A DNA stretch of 64,000 nt from contig NW_005201213.1 of the NCBI RefSeq assembly GCF_000372725.1, positions 186,001-250,000 on the forward strand, in the 5' to 3' direction. Below are positions 11,977 through 27,020 of the stretch, in pieces (positions within the stretch are counted from its first letter, which is position 1; each line of letters opens with the position of its first letter). The DNA comes from Emiliania huxleyi CCMP1516. Its lineage: Eukaryota. A program made the translations under genes and the position numbers. The notes below the pieces were generated by a model, which ran no database searches, had not been told where the DNA came from, and saw only the letters and a program-made list of their open reading frames with translations.

Positions 11977-12104
11977 TGCGGAATTGGGAGATGCAGGGGG
12001 TGAGAGACGGCGCGGGGCGGGATCTTCAAATACTTGGGCGAGAGTGATGGCGTTTCGACGGCGGCCGCGCCTGCTTGAACGGGACGACGGCATACTGACA
12101 CATT

Positions 12105-12471
12105 CCGTTCTGGTGCCCCTCGGCTGGCCAGAGGACGACTCACAATGCAAAATCGGAAAGACATCACGAGGGGCCGTATAAACGGTGCCGCAGCGGCCCG
12201 GGACACTAACAATGAGTTGCCGCCACTCGCCCGGCCTCCTAACCCTCGGGGTCGCCCGGAAAGTGGGCTTGCGCACCGGCGACCCCCCCAGCACGCCGAC
12301 CCGAGGTGTACCCTCCGGCCACCTGGGAGGGGCGCTCACTCCATGTTTGGCCCATTGGCTTCACCATGATGGATACGGAGATGGCCAGCCCTTGGTTGTG
12401 CACCTGCGGCGCGAAGAGGAGGTGATCTCGGCGGACGACGGCCATGCCGAGAGCGGGCGCAGCGCGGAAGA
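12105..12471. repeat. ~367-bp dispersed repeat, copy 1
   Basis: Highly similar to 18822-19188 in the same orientation. Confidence 0.92.
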
Positions 12472-12806
12472 GGCAAGAGGGTGCGCAGCGCGTCGCGGCC
12501 GCGCGCTTGGGAGCCGGGGGGATGGCCGGAGGGGGCGGGACGCCTGCATGTCCTCGAAGCCCCCAACCGCATACGCAAGCCGAGCCGCGAACGGCGGCGA
12601 GAGAGTTTGGCAGGGTCAGGCGAGGACCGCGCATGGCCAAGGAACCTTTTTTAGGACCCCCAGCGCGGCAAGAACGGGCGTGCGTCTCCCATCGTGTCTC
12701 CCCTTCCGCCGACCCCTATCACACTGTGATCTGTGTGATATCACACAGATCACACAGATTGTGTTCTCGCTTAGCAGAAGTTTACGGCCGTTGTTTTCAT
12801 TTTCGA

Positions 12807-15421
<2,615 letters not shown>

Positions 15422-15644
15422 GGAGGAGCTCGGCGGCAACAGCCTAGCGGCGACGAAGAAGCTGCGCGCCGTACTGTTACTTCTTTATTTCTTTTTTAGG
15501 GGGAGTTGTTTTGTTTAAATTCTTTTGAGGGATGGGGGAGGAGAGGGTCCAAGTCGAAAAAGAAAAAAGAAACGCGGCAACGCGCCACGACAGACGGGGA
15601 GTTTTAAAGAGGAGTGTCCGCGGGCGAGCGGTCGAGAATTCACA

Positions 15645-16382
15645 ATGGACGCGATCGCTACCCTGAAGAGGAGCGCGACCGAGGCGATTGGGAAGCACGA
15701 GCTTCCGCGTGCGCTGGTGCTGCTCAACGAGGCGCTCGACCTCGCGCCCGACGACCGCGCGCTCTGGACAAACCGCGCGTACGTGCATGAGCTCAGAAAG
15801 GCGCCAGCCGACGCACTCAGCGACGCGCGGCGCGCGATCGAGCTCGACCCCGGTTTCAGCAAGGCGCACCTGCGGCTCGGCCGCGCGCTGGTTGCGCTCG
15901 GTCGCACCGACGAGGCCTACAGCGCGCTCGCGTCCGCGGTCGAGCGCTGGCCGCAGGACTATGCACTCGCTGAAGCGCTCTCTGCCGCCGGCGCGGCGTC
16001 AAGCGGCGGCGACAGCGGAGGCGGAGGCGGGAGCGCAGTTGCGGCCAGCGAGGCTGCGTTGCTCGAGGCGGCGCAGCAGGCGGACGCGCGCGCGATGCGC
16101 TCGACCAGCGACGGCCTCGACTCGAGCTACTATTATGCCGCGGTGCCAGCGGCGCGGCATACACTTCCAGTGCGTCCGCCCGAGCGGATCGAGGCCTCGG
16201 CCGACGCCGAGCGAGCGAAGGAGCTGGCCGCGAGCGGCGCAGTCCGCGCGGACATTGAGCGGAGGGGCGGCGACTCGTACTACTATGCGCACGGGAGGGT
16301 GACAGACTACCACGTCCCGTCGGTGCCTCACCGCATCGCCGCCGATGGCAGCCTCTCGCCGTGGGACCCGTCGCAGCGCTGA
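15645..16382 (+). CDS. TPR-repeat protein
   Basis: ALDLAPDDRALWTNRA and AIELDPGFSKAHLRLGRAL. Divergent from TRM61, with ATGs ~220 bp apart. Confidence 0.85.
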   Translation: MDAIATLKRSATEAIGKHELPRALVLLNEALDLAPDDRALWTNRAYVHELRKAPADALSDARRAIELDPGFSKAHLRLGRALVALGRTDEAYSALASAVERWPQDYALAEALSAAGAASSGGDSGGGGGSAVAASEAALLEAAQQADARAMRSTSDGLDSSYYYAAVPAARHTLPVRPPERIEASADAERAKELAASGAVRADIERRGGDSYYYAHGRVTDYHVPSVPHRIAADGSLSPWDPSQR

Positions 16383-16490
16383 CGCTAGGAGAGGGGCAGC
16401 ACCGTTGTTGCCACGCGCGGTGTTTTTCTTGGTGGATGTTTTCTCTCAAGGCAGGTGAGAGCAGAGAGGTGTGCACTCCGCTTGTAGCCT

Positions 16491-16590
16491 TGTGTGCTCA
16501 TCACACTGTGGGGTGCCCGAGCATGAGACGTATGTGCGCGTCTGTGCGTGTGTGGCTGTGGGACAGACGTTGTTGTCCTATGCGCGGGGC
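16491..16590. repeat. ~100-bp dispersed repeat with an inverted copy at 63669-63778
   Basis: GGGACAGACGTTGTTGTCCTATGCGCGGGGC here and its reverse complement at 63.67 kb. Confidence 0.85.
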
Positions 16591-16961
16591 AGCATCCTGC
16601 CCCAGCGGCACCGCCGCATTTTTTCTCCTTTGCCTGAACTCCTAAATGCTAAATGCGCTGTTGCAGAATGTCCCTTGAGCCTTGTAATGCGAAAAAAGAA
16701 AGAAAGCAAACAGACAACCCAAGGGAGGGATGGGAGGACGGCACGCCGCCACCACACACAGGGATTTTAAGGAGAGGTGTGTGATGCGCTAGCCGTCGCC
16801 CACCCTAGGGAGTCTGCCTCTTCCTTTCTCTTTTCGCAGTCTCTCGGAGACGCTGTACGGGCAGAAAAGAGAATTCTCCCCGCCCGAGGCGCCAGGCTGC
16901 TCTCGGCCTTTGCCAGCTCGCACGGCCCTGAGCGAGCTCGGCGCGGCCCTGAGCGCGGAAC

Positions 16962-18292
16962 ATGATATCCGGCGCGGCCCTGAGCGAGCTCGCCGCAGAC
17001 GAGCTCTGCATCGGAGCGCTCCAGTACAGCGACGACAGCAGCGATGGCGAGTCTATTGGCGAAACACCTTCTGTGGACGGCGGTGCCGCGCTGGATGACG
17101 TGGCCACGACCAGCCCTCTGCCTGCGTCCCAGAGTCCGCCACCATCCACGCCGCCAAAGCTGCCGCCAGGGCCGGCGCCGACACCGGCCCCACCCGTCTG
17201 CGTCTGCCGCGCCGCCTCCGACCCTACGTACGAGGTGACGCGCTGGCACTGGTCCACCCTCTCCGTGGCTGCCTTTCGCGCCCACTGCGCCGCATCGCGC
17301 TGTCCGCTCATCATTACAGGCCTCGGCCCGCACCTGGCGCCCAGAGGCCTCTCCCTCGAGCGGCTGCGCGCCCTGCTTCCGGCGGACATGGCGGTGCCCG
17401 TGCGGGGCCACGGCACGATGAGCGCGGCCTCCTTCTTCGGCCGCCTCGACGCCGGCGAAGCTCTTTACCTCGCGGACGTGCCTCTGGCCATTCACTTCCC
17501 GTGGCTGTTTGACGAGGTGGCGGTGCCCGCCTACTTTCTGCACGACTTTGCGCACCGCACGCGGCGCCGGCTCTCGATCATGCATGACACGCCCTCGCTC
17601 TTTGTCGGCGGCGCCGGCACCACCTCTGCTCTGCACGTCGACCAGATGTGCTCCAACTTTTGGATGTACCTCGGCGAGGGCGCCAAGCGGTGGATCACCT
17701 TCCACCCGGACGACGCGCTGCTCCTCTCGCCCACTTGGGACGCGCCCGAGCAGATCCATCGCTTCGCACCGCTCGCGCAGCTCGAGAGCGACGCGCAGAG
17801 CGCCGCGTCGCTGCGGCAGGCGCGGCGGCTCGAGTTTGAGCTGCGCGCCGGCGAGGTGCTCTACATCCCGCACAACACGCCCCACGAGGTGACCAACCTC
17901 GCCGCCACCTGCGCCGTCTCGGCAAACTACCTCGACCAGACCAACGTCGACCTCTCGCTCGCTCAAGGCACGGCCAAGCTGGCGACCTCCCCCTGCCTCC
18001 CCCTGCCTTCCTTCCCTTCCCTTCCCCTGCCTTCCACAGCCTTCCCTTCCCCTGCCTTCCACAGCCTTCGCGCGAGCCCGGCAGTGCGCGACACGCCAAT
18101 CTGCGCGCCATGCTGGACGCGTTGGGCGAGGTGGAGTGGCCCGCCCTCGCCGACGACCTCGGCGCGCACGGCGGCGGCGGCAACGGCGACGACGAGGCCT
18201 ATGCGAGCGGCGCCACGCCGCCCGTGGGGCGTTTCGCTGCGCATGAGCGGTTGAGGCACAGCCGGCCCGTGACCATCTGTGCGCCTTTGTGA
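16962..18292 (+). CDS. JmjC/cupin-like 2-oxoglutarate-Fe(II) oxygenase
   Basis: LFVGGAGTTSALHVD, GAKRW and GEVLYIPHNTPHEVTN give an H-x-D...H triad. A probable GC-AG intron at ~17983-18065 shifts into the MLDALGEVEW frame. Confidence 0.85.
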
Positions 18293-18821
18293 GCCAGAGA
18301 CCGAGAGAGTCAGATCGTGTGACAATCCTGCGCTCCGGCCTGCTGTGTAGTGGTTGTGGGACCCCCTCCTTCATCTAGGGCATGAATTCGTAGTGGCGGG
18401 CGGGTGAGGCTCGGAACACATGTTTCCTCGCGCACCCCCTCTCTTTTCGTTCTCTTGTCACTGTGTGGAACGCGCTTGCGGATGCGCGCCCCAAAATGTC
18501 CGCCTCAAAAGGCCTCGTTCTCGCCCCTTTCCTGTACGCGTGGGTCTCAGAGGACGAATGCGCACCGGACCTTCGAGGACATCAAAGTCGGCTGCGCCCT
18601 ACGGCCATCCAGCCGGCTCTCGAGTGTCGCAGCGCGACGCGCTTCACCCCTCGACTCCGCGCTGCGAGTTGATCTGGAGACGACGCTCGGCCACCGCCAA
18701 CTCCACACTGACGTGTCGCACATGCGCCGAGTGTCCCCTCCGAGGGTGTCCTTGTATAGTATACTTGGTTGCGAGTTAAAAAAAGCCCATTCCGCGCCAT
18801 CAGCCAGCAGCAGTACACATG

Positions 18822-19188
18822 CCGTTCTGGTGCCCCTCGGCTGGCCAGAGGACGACTCACAATGCAAAATCGGAAAGACGTCACGAGGGGCCGTATAAAC
18901 GGTACCGCAGCGGCCCGGGACACTAACAGTGAATTGCTGCCACTCGCCCGGCCTCCTCCCCCTCGGGGTCGCCCGGAAAGTGGGCTTGCGCACCGGCGCC
19001 CCCCCCAGCACGCCGACCCGAGGTGTACCCTCCGGCCACCTGGGCGGGGAGCGGAGTCCGATTTTGGCCCATTGGCTTCATCATGATGGATACGGAGGTG
19101 GCCAGCCCTTGGTTGTGCACCTGCGGCGCGAAGAGGAGGTGATCTCGGCGGACGACGGCCGTGCCAAGAGCGGGTGCAGCGCGGAAGA
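18822..19188. repeat. ~367-bp dispersed repeat, copy 2
   Basis: Matches 12105-12471. Confidence 0.92.
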
Positions 19189-19703
19189 TGCTGAACAAGC
19201 TCCTCTTGTAGCTCGATCGGTCACACCGCCATCGCCGTCGGGGAGAGGGGGGACGACACTGCTTCTGCAGCGTGCACCTCAATCCTGTACCGTGTTTGTT
19301 ATGACCCCCCCCAATGAACACACCAGTGAGGGTGGGCGAGACGATCGAGGGGTCCCGTACCATGCATGCGGAACCGACCCTATCCAGTGCTCAAGTGCTC
19401 AAGAACCGCGCGGGCGTGGGTGGGTGGGTAAGCGAGTAAAAACGGGTACACTCCACTCGGTGCCACTGCCACACCAACTTGCATCAGGGTGGAACAGCGG
19501 CGGCGGCGGTTGCGACGACGGGATCCGCAAAGGCTGTGAAGGGCCTCCAGGGCTCGCACCTCAACCTCTCACAGGCCAGCGCACAGCGCCATAGCAGGTA
19601 TTTTCTTCTCAATAACAAGGCTGTGAAGGCGGGTACTCGCGGCAGCACGCATCGCACTGTGGACGCAGCGGCATATCAGGCGGTGTTGGCGATCTTCCAC
19701 GCC

Positions 19704-20229
19704 ATGCAGATCGACCTCTCAGCGAAGGACGCGTGGGACGACACGGAGCTCATCCGAGCCTACGACCGCGCCATCGCCAGCTACAAGGCCAGCCGCCGCC
19801 CATCATGCGCGCACCGGCCCTGCGGAGACGGGAGCTCACCGCGCCCATAGGCAACCCCAGCGACCTCGAGCGCAGGGCGGCGGCGCGGCGCAGCCAGGGT
19901 TGCGGCGTGCGACGACGGCGGGCGGGCGGAGGCGCTCGCGCGCGCTGAGGCCGAGGCCGAGGCGGAGTTTCAAGCGGAGGCGGAGGCGATTGCGGCGATG
20001 GAGCTCGCAGAGCGGCAGCACGCAGGCCGGCGTGGCGAGGAGGAGGAGGAGGGCGAGGGCGAGGAGGAGGGCGGGGGCGAAGAGGAGCTCACGGGGGCTG
20101 CGCGTGGCGGCCAGGAGGCCCCAGCGGCCGCGGCGTGGCGCGGTGGTGGCAGCTGCGCGCAGGGCGGCGAGCGTGGCGCGGGCAGCGGTGAGGGCGGGAG
20201 TGAGGCGGCGTGGGCGAGCTGGTACGCAT

Positions 20230-20310
<81 letters not shown>

Positions 20311-20696
20311 GGCAGCAGTGGCAGCAGTGGCAGCAGCAGCAGTGGCAGCAGCAGCAGCAGCCGCCGCCGCCACCGGCGGCGGCGTGGGGTGCGACCAGCT
20401 GCGCTCCTGCCACCCAGGGCGCCGCCCCCTCGGAGACCGCGCACCCGCACGGCGCAGCCGGAGGGCCGTGGCCCGCGCACGCACCGCCGCCCGCGCCGCC
20501 ACAGTGGCAGGGAGCCGGCGGCGGCGCGGCGGCGTCCAGCTGGCCCTCGCCGCCGCCTACCGGCGCCGCATACGCGAGTGGCGGCGGCGCGGCGGCGGCG
20601 GCGGACGAGAGCGACGATCTCGCCAACTTGATCATGGCGTGGTACCACTGCGGGTTCTTCACCGCGCGGTACCAGGAGCGGCGCGCGCAGCGGTAG
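19704..20696 (+). CDS. SMN: Survival motor neuron (SMN)-like protein, 2 exons
   Basis: N-terminal Gemin2-binding motif WDDTELIRAYDRAIASYK and a C-terminal YG-box-like DLANLIMAWYHCGFFTARY. GC-AG intron 19788-19850 keeps frame. Confidence 0.82.
20232..20360 (+). repeat. (CAG)n polyQ tract in SMN
   Basis: About 26 uninterrupted CAG, then WQQ units. Confidence 0.97.
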
Positions 20697-21099
20697 CCAG
20701 CGTGCTGGGCGCACGCCAGGAGTGTGCGGTGCCCAGGTCGCAGGTGGCTGCGAGCGTAATTGGACCCCGCGGGGGGGGATGCGAGACTTGGGCGTGTCAA
20801 CCCCCGAATCGCGCCGCGGTTCCCGTACGGCTTTAGCGAGGAGTGAGCCGAGTGTCGAACGACCTTTCCCCGTGAAGCGAGAGTATAGCTCTACACAAGC
20901 GCGGGGATCTCATCCTACGACAGCCGCGCGCGCAGCATCCCCCCTGCGCACGTGCACAGCCGCGCGGCGCGCGCGCACGCACCTCCCAACCGACAGGCGA
21001 GACCGAAAAATCTGAGTCGCGCAATCCTCCCCGAGCTCGTCTGGTCGTCATCACACCGGCCTCCCGCCGCGAAACCGTCCCACACACGCCCGCGCGTGG

Positions 21100-24000
21100 C
21101 TACTGCAGGGCGACGCCCAGCTTGCCGACGAGCTCGATGAGCCGCTTGAGCCCCATGAGCCAGTGGCCGTTGTCGGCCCAATCAGTCGTCGTCAGGTGGA
21201 CGTGCACCTGCGACCATAGGCGCGACACTGCAAGTGAGCGTTGCGGGCGGCGCGACGCGCGAGGGCTCGGGCGGCGGCCGCCTCGAGCGCGGTGCGCGCG
21301 TCGCCCGCCGCCAGCGCGCCGCACAGCTGCTCGAGCTTGTCAAACACAGGCTGCGACACGCCTCCGGCCTGCAGGTAAGGCAGGTGGGGTGAGGTAAGGT
21401 GGGGTGGGGTGAGGTAAGGTGGGGTCGGCTTCTCCACGCACACGAGGTGGTGGGGCAAGGGCTAAGCGACCCCTCGCGACTCGTCCAGAGCAGCACGGCA
21501 TTCAAAGCGCAAGGCCCAGTGCGCGCGTGGTTGAGCAGCGTGTGTTTTGGGGGGGGGGGGGGGGGGGGGCGTCCGGGGGGGGGGTTGCACCTGCAGCTTG
21601 GTGAAGAGCGCCCCGGAGCGCTTCTCGGTGTCCTCCAGCCGCCGCTTGTCCACCGGCTGCAGCTGGTAGGCGCCGCACTGCGCCATGAGGCCCTGGATGG
21701 TGCCAATCACCCCCGACGGGTCGTACGTCGGCGGCGGCGGCGCGGGCGGCGGCGCGGGCGGCGGCGCGGCCGCGGGCGGCGGCGGCTCCGGCTGCGCATA
21801 GCTGGCTTGCGGCGGCACTTCGTACGACGGCTGCGCCGGCGCCTGGTACTGATACGCGGCGGGCGGCGGCTGCGGCGGCGGCGGCGCGGAGCTCGAGTAG
21901 CCCGTCGAGTAGCCGGCCGCGGGCGGCGCAGCGGGCGCCGGGGCCGGCGCTGCGGGCGCCGGAGGCGCCTGATACGCGTAGGGCGCGGCGGGCGGCGCGG
22001 CGGGCGCGGGCTCGTAGGTGGACATGGGCGCGGCGCGGCTGCTGTAGCCGTTGTTTGGCGCCGCGCCCTGGTCATATGCGCCATATTGGCCGCCGGCGGG
22101 GTAGCTGCCGTAAGCCTGCTGCTGCTGCTGCACGTGCTCGTAGGGGTCGGTGCTGTAGCCGCCGCCGTTGTGGTAGCCGTTGCCGTTCGCCGCCTCGTAG
22201 GGCTGCTGCTGCGCGTAGGCGTCGTAGCCCGGCGTCTGCTCGTAGCCCTGCGTCTGCTCGTAGCCCTGCGTCTGCTCGTAGCCCTGCGTCTGCTCGTAGC
22301 CCTGCGTGTAGCCCGCCTGCGGCTGGTAGCCCGCCTGCGGCTGGTAGCCCGCCTGCGCAGCCGAGCTCTCCGGCACGTGCACCACGTCGTACGGCACCGG
22401 CGGCGGCGCCATGAGCAGGTTTGGGTTGGCGCCGTGGATGCGGTGCATGAGCAGTGCGGCCGGGTCGTCGACGGTCTCCGCCGGCGGCAGCTGCACCAAG
22501 TAGCCCATCGCCTCATGTAGGCACCCCTGCGCCGCGAGCAGCTCTGTGCGGGCAGAGGGACGCGGCGGTGAGGGGAGCGGCGGCGAGGGCGGCGGCGAGG
22601 GCGGCGGCGAGGGCGGCGAGGGCGGCGGTGAGGGCGGCGGCGAGGGCGGCGGCGAGGGCGGCGAGGGCGGCGGTGAATGTGTGGAAGACGCGTCCGAGTT
22701 GTCGTGGGCTAACGCGCGCGGCGGGTGTGGGCGTGCAGTGATGTCTCAGTAGCGCCTCGGAGTGTCTCGGAGGCGTCTCGGAGGCGTCTCGGAGGCGTCT
22801 CGGAGGCGTCTCGGGAGCGTCTCGGGAGCCTGCAAACGCCGTCAGCTGCTCGGCGATGAGCGGGTAGCCGTCCTTGATCTGCGTCGCCTCCTGCAGCACG
22901 ACCGCCTTCTCGAGCAGCTCGAGCAGCGAGCCCGCCTCCGCCCCGCCGCCCCCGCCGCCGCCCGCCGCCCCCGCGCTCTGCTCGCTGTAGCGCGCGTGCC
23001 ACAGCTCGACCGCCTTGACCGTGTTTGCGGCGCACATGTAGCAGAGCACCGCCGCCGACGCGTCGCCTGCCTCAGCCTCGAGCCGCTCGCCGAGCAAGTT
23101 GCACAGGCCCTGCAGCGCCTCGGCCGAGGCGTAGGTGTGGATGAGCGCGAGCGTCTCCTTCCACGCGGGCAGCGACGACTCAGCGACGTACCGGTCAAAG
23201 TCTTGGTGCACGACGGCCGACAGCCGGCTCATGAACGCCGACTTGTTCGAGGCGAGGTACTGGTCGCGCGTCGCCGCCCAGAGCTCCTCACCACCGGACG
23301 CGGCCAGGATGAGCGCGTCGGCGACGCGGCCCTGCGCGAGGCACACCTCGACCGCCGTGGCAAAGTTGCCGTTCAGCATCGCGAGCGACACGTCCGGGTC
23401 GTCGGGCGCGGGCGCAGTCTCGAGCGGCCCGGCCCGCGCGGGCGGCTCGGCGGCAGGCTCGGGCGGCATGGGCGACGCGCCGTCGTCGGGCGCGGGGGGG
23501 GTCGCGGCCGCCCCCATGGCGTCCAGCTCCGACGCCTGCGACATCTGCCGCTCCGTCGCGATTGCCATCTGCGAGAAGAGCTCCTCGGGGTTGACGTCCT
23601 GCAGGAAGGCTCCGGGGAGGCTCAGGGAAGGCTCCGGGGAGGCTCCCGGCGTCGTCTGTAGAGAGGTCTGGGGCCTCTCTTCGTGCCCCTCCTGGCACAG
23701 CCACTGCATCCCAGGGAATGTCTAGGACGAGTCTGTGGAGGCCGGGTCTAGGACATCCGCTCTCCTGCAGCGGCGGCTGCGGCTCCGGCGTCGCCGGCGT
23801 GACCGGCTCGGGCTGCGCCTCGTACTGCGGCTCGTACTGGGGCTCGTAGGCCGCCTCGGCCTGCGGCTCGGCCGGCGGCGGCGCGTTCGGGTCGACGAGC
23901 CCGAGGAAGCCGAGCACGAGCGTCCGCTGGTCGTGTGAGCAGAGCACCTCCATCAGCTTCCAGTCGTCCGCGTCGCGCTCGCTCGGCGCCGCCTCGGCCT

Positions 24001-25374
24001 TGTGGGCGCAGAAGCCGGCCAAATCGCCGGCCTCGAGCGCGGCGCGCAGCTGCTCGGCCCGCGCAACCACGCCGGTGTCGCTGGGCACGTCCTCGATCGT
24101 CACCTCGCTCGACTTGTGACTGAAGCGCACCAGCTTGCCGCCAAAGCCAAAGGACGCGCCGCACGGCCGGCGCAGCCACTTTGGCGCGCGAATCATGGGC
24201 TTGCCCGCGTGGGGCTCCTGCACGGAGAAGCCGTCGGCGCCCGTCTCCTCGGCGCCGGCCGTGGCGGAAGCGTCCGCCAGCGAGTGCACCGCCACCTCGC
24301 CCGAGAATGAGGCGGACGAGAGGAGGGCCGGCAGGCAAGGCGACCACTGCACGTCAAACGTCCAATTGGCCGAGGGAGGCAGCTCGCAGAGCACCTCGCC
24401 CGTCGCCGGGTCCCAGCAGAGCGTGCGGTTGTCTTTGCCCGACGAGATGAGCAAGTTCTCGTCCTGCGGGCACCACGACGCGGTGAGGATGCCCTTGGAG
24501 TGGCCGGTGAGCTCCTTGACGGGCGCAAACGCGTTGCGCAAGTCCCAGATCTGCATGCTCGGAAAGGCGTCGTCCTCGGAGGCGACGATGATCTGCGTCG
24601 CCACCTCGGGGTTCCATGCGATGACTGAGTTGCGCTGCCCGCGGTTCGCCGAGTTGGTGAAGTTGATGACCGGCTTCTTGAGCTTGAGGTCCCACACGAC
24701 GGAGAGGCCGTTGTGCGACGTCGACGCGAGGATGTGCGTCACCCTGCGGTTCCACGCGACGCAAGAGATGTCGGCGCCGGGGCCGGGCGACTTTGCGCCC
24801 GGCGAGACGACGCGCGGCGTCGACGGATTCGTCAGGTCGGTGATGAAGACCTCCGACTCGGCCGCGCCCGAGGCGAGCAGCTCCGGCACGGCCGGGTTGA
24901 ACTCGAGCCCGCGCACGGGCCCCGAGTGGGAGTCGATCGTCGCAACCACGGGGGCGTCGTGGCGGCTGATGAGCCGGCCGGGGTCGACGATCTGCACGCT
25001 GCCGTTGGCCGTGCCGGCCGCCAGCAGCCCGTACGGCAGCGAGCCGTCCGCCACGCCCTTGGTGCCCCACGTCAGCCGGCTGAAGCGGTCGTTGCACGCG
25101 AGCGAGCCGACCAGCGGCAGCTCGGCGCCGCCCTGCAGGTCGAGCGAGAAGACCTGCCGGATGTGGGAGGGGAGGAGGTGTGCGTGCGGGCGTCGAGCGG
25201 AGTCGCAGCGCTGAGACCGGCGCTGCAGGCGTCACGCACATCGAGGTGCGAAGTGGAGTCAAACGTGTCCGATATGGCGCCCGCGACGGTGCCCGCCGCC
25301 AGCAAGCCAGAGTGCTCGTTGGAGGACGACCACGCCACCGTGGCGGAGCGCGGGATGCTTCCGACCTTGGGCAT
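21100..25374 (-). CDS. SEC31: COPII outer coat protein Sec31 (WD40 + ACE1 + Pro-rich + C-terminal domain), about 6 exons
   Basis: LLAAGTVAGAISDTFDSTSHLD, VVWDLK, IWDLRNAFAP, RAPKWLRRPCGASFGFGGKLV, WKETLA and the C-terminal WLMGLKRLI. Confidence 0.95.
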
Positions 25375-26403
25375 TTCCGCCTGCAAGGGGCAGAGGCGCT
25401 GTGTCTGCGCAGAATCGGCTCGCGCGCCGCGGCGCGCGCCGACATTCCCGCGCGCGTGACGCCGCGTGTGGCGCGTCAGCGCGGACTTTGCGCTGTGGGG
25501 TCCGACGAGAATGGCGCGCGGCGGAGCTGGCAAAAGCCGTGTGTCTGGGCTTTCTGCGTGTCGGCGGCGCTCGCGCCGCTGAGGCGGCTGCTGCGAGCGC
25601 GGCAAAGGCGGGAGCCGAGCGCGAGTCGGCGCCGCAGCGCTGTGCGTGTCGCGGAGGGCTAGTACGGGCTGCGGCTGGGCGTGGTGCGCGCCGGCAAGAC
25701 AGCGCGGTCGGCGAAGTGGCGCCGGAGCAGCAGTAAACAAAGATAAGCGTCACTGCGAGAAAAGAAATTTTCCGTCTTGCAGCAAGAGGCTGTACGCAAG
25801 GTCTGCGGCGCGCTCGGCATGAGGGAGCAGTTCGAGGCGGCGATGGCGGCGGGGGAGCTGCTCGAGATGCTCGAGAGCTTGCCGCGGGGCGGTCGAGGCC
25901 TCCGTTCGGCTGATGCGCGGTTACAACCGCACGGGCGAGTGGCCAGAGCCCATTCTCACCAGCCCTGCCCCGCAGCGCGGCCGCTCGCCAAGCCCCGTCG
26001 ATGAGTGGTCAGATGGATAGTTAGTGCCCGAGAGTGAGGGGTCCGGGGGGGAGCACAAACATAGGACGCCCAGCCTTGCCCTCGACAAAATACCAACGAC
26101 AAGTCCCACAATAAGACCTGTCTTGCTGCTTGTCTCTGATTGCTCAATCGCTGGATTGGTAGGCAAAGGCGGGGCAAGCTGAATATCGACGGCCACGAGC
26201 TCGACCTGCCGAAGCTGCGCCGCACCGACCCGGTCGAGTCCCTGTCCCTCGAGCCCTGTTCACGCGCGCTTGTTGTTTGACCGCTGCCAAAAGGCCCACC
26301 ATAAAGGGACGGTAGCTGCGAATCATGATCAGTTCTAATGAAGTACCGGGGCCCAACGGATAGACGAATCCGGGGCACCCTCCGCTCGAAACCCTGGCTA
26401 GGG

Positions 26404-26715
26404 CCCTGTTCACGCGCGCGCGAGACGTGCAGACAGGGTTGCCAGGTAAGAGCGAATGGCGCGGTTCACGCCTCGCACAACAGAGAGAGAGATGCGCTCT
26501 GCATAGTGGGACATAAAAGAGAGCGAGTACTTGGGCGAGTAGGCCGTGCGGTCAACGCTGCCGCGCGCGACTTTGCGCGCGAGGCGGCGCAGCTTGAGAA
26601 CGGCGGTGGGCGAGAAGCCGCCGCCGAACGTCTCGTGGAGCAGCAGGTTGAAGTTGTTGCGCTTGACAAAGATCGCGTCGTGGTAGAAACCGCGATGCGC
26701 CTTGACGTAGCACGT
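26404..26715 (-). mobile_element. 5'-truncated CRE-like non-LTR retroelement fragment (restriction-like endonuclease C-terminus)
   Basis: YHDA..K...LLHETFGGG...RISLSVVRGVNRAI resembles the ETFGG...RIS..RGN tail of CRE/SLACS ORFs. A near-identical inverted copy lies at 34.7-35.0 kb. Confidence 0.65.
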
Positions 26716-27020
26716 GTTGTGCGGCCAACAAAAGAGAGAATCTCTCTCCAACAAACAAACGAAGCGCGCCGTCTGCCTTCCTAAACAGAAAACGCAGTGC
26801 TCTTGCGTTACGGCGGAAGTGATCTAATCACCCGAATGCCACGTTCGGATCGCTTCTCATCGCAAACCTTGTCAGCAGTTCACCCTCGGGTTAAAGGTAA
26901 ACCAAAGCGTGACTCGTGATTGAAGCGGCGGCGCAGCGCGACGCTGTTGAGCACCTCGACACTGTGAGCACCATTCTGTTGAGCAATTTGCTGCTGGCTG
27001 TTTCACAGCAGCGGACCGGC

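Noticed and set aside
12380..12450. Missing first Myb helix within the 367-bp repeat
   Set aside because: Needs several frameshifts; similarity too weak.
21399..25214. Plus-strand ORFs over SEC31
   Set aside because: Antisense shadows of a high-GC3 gene.
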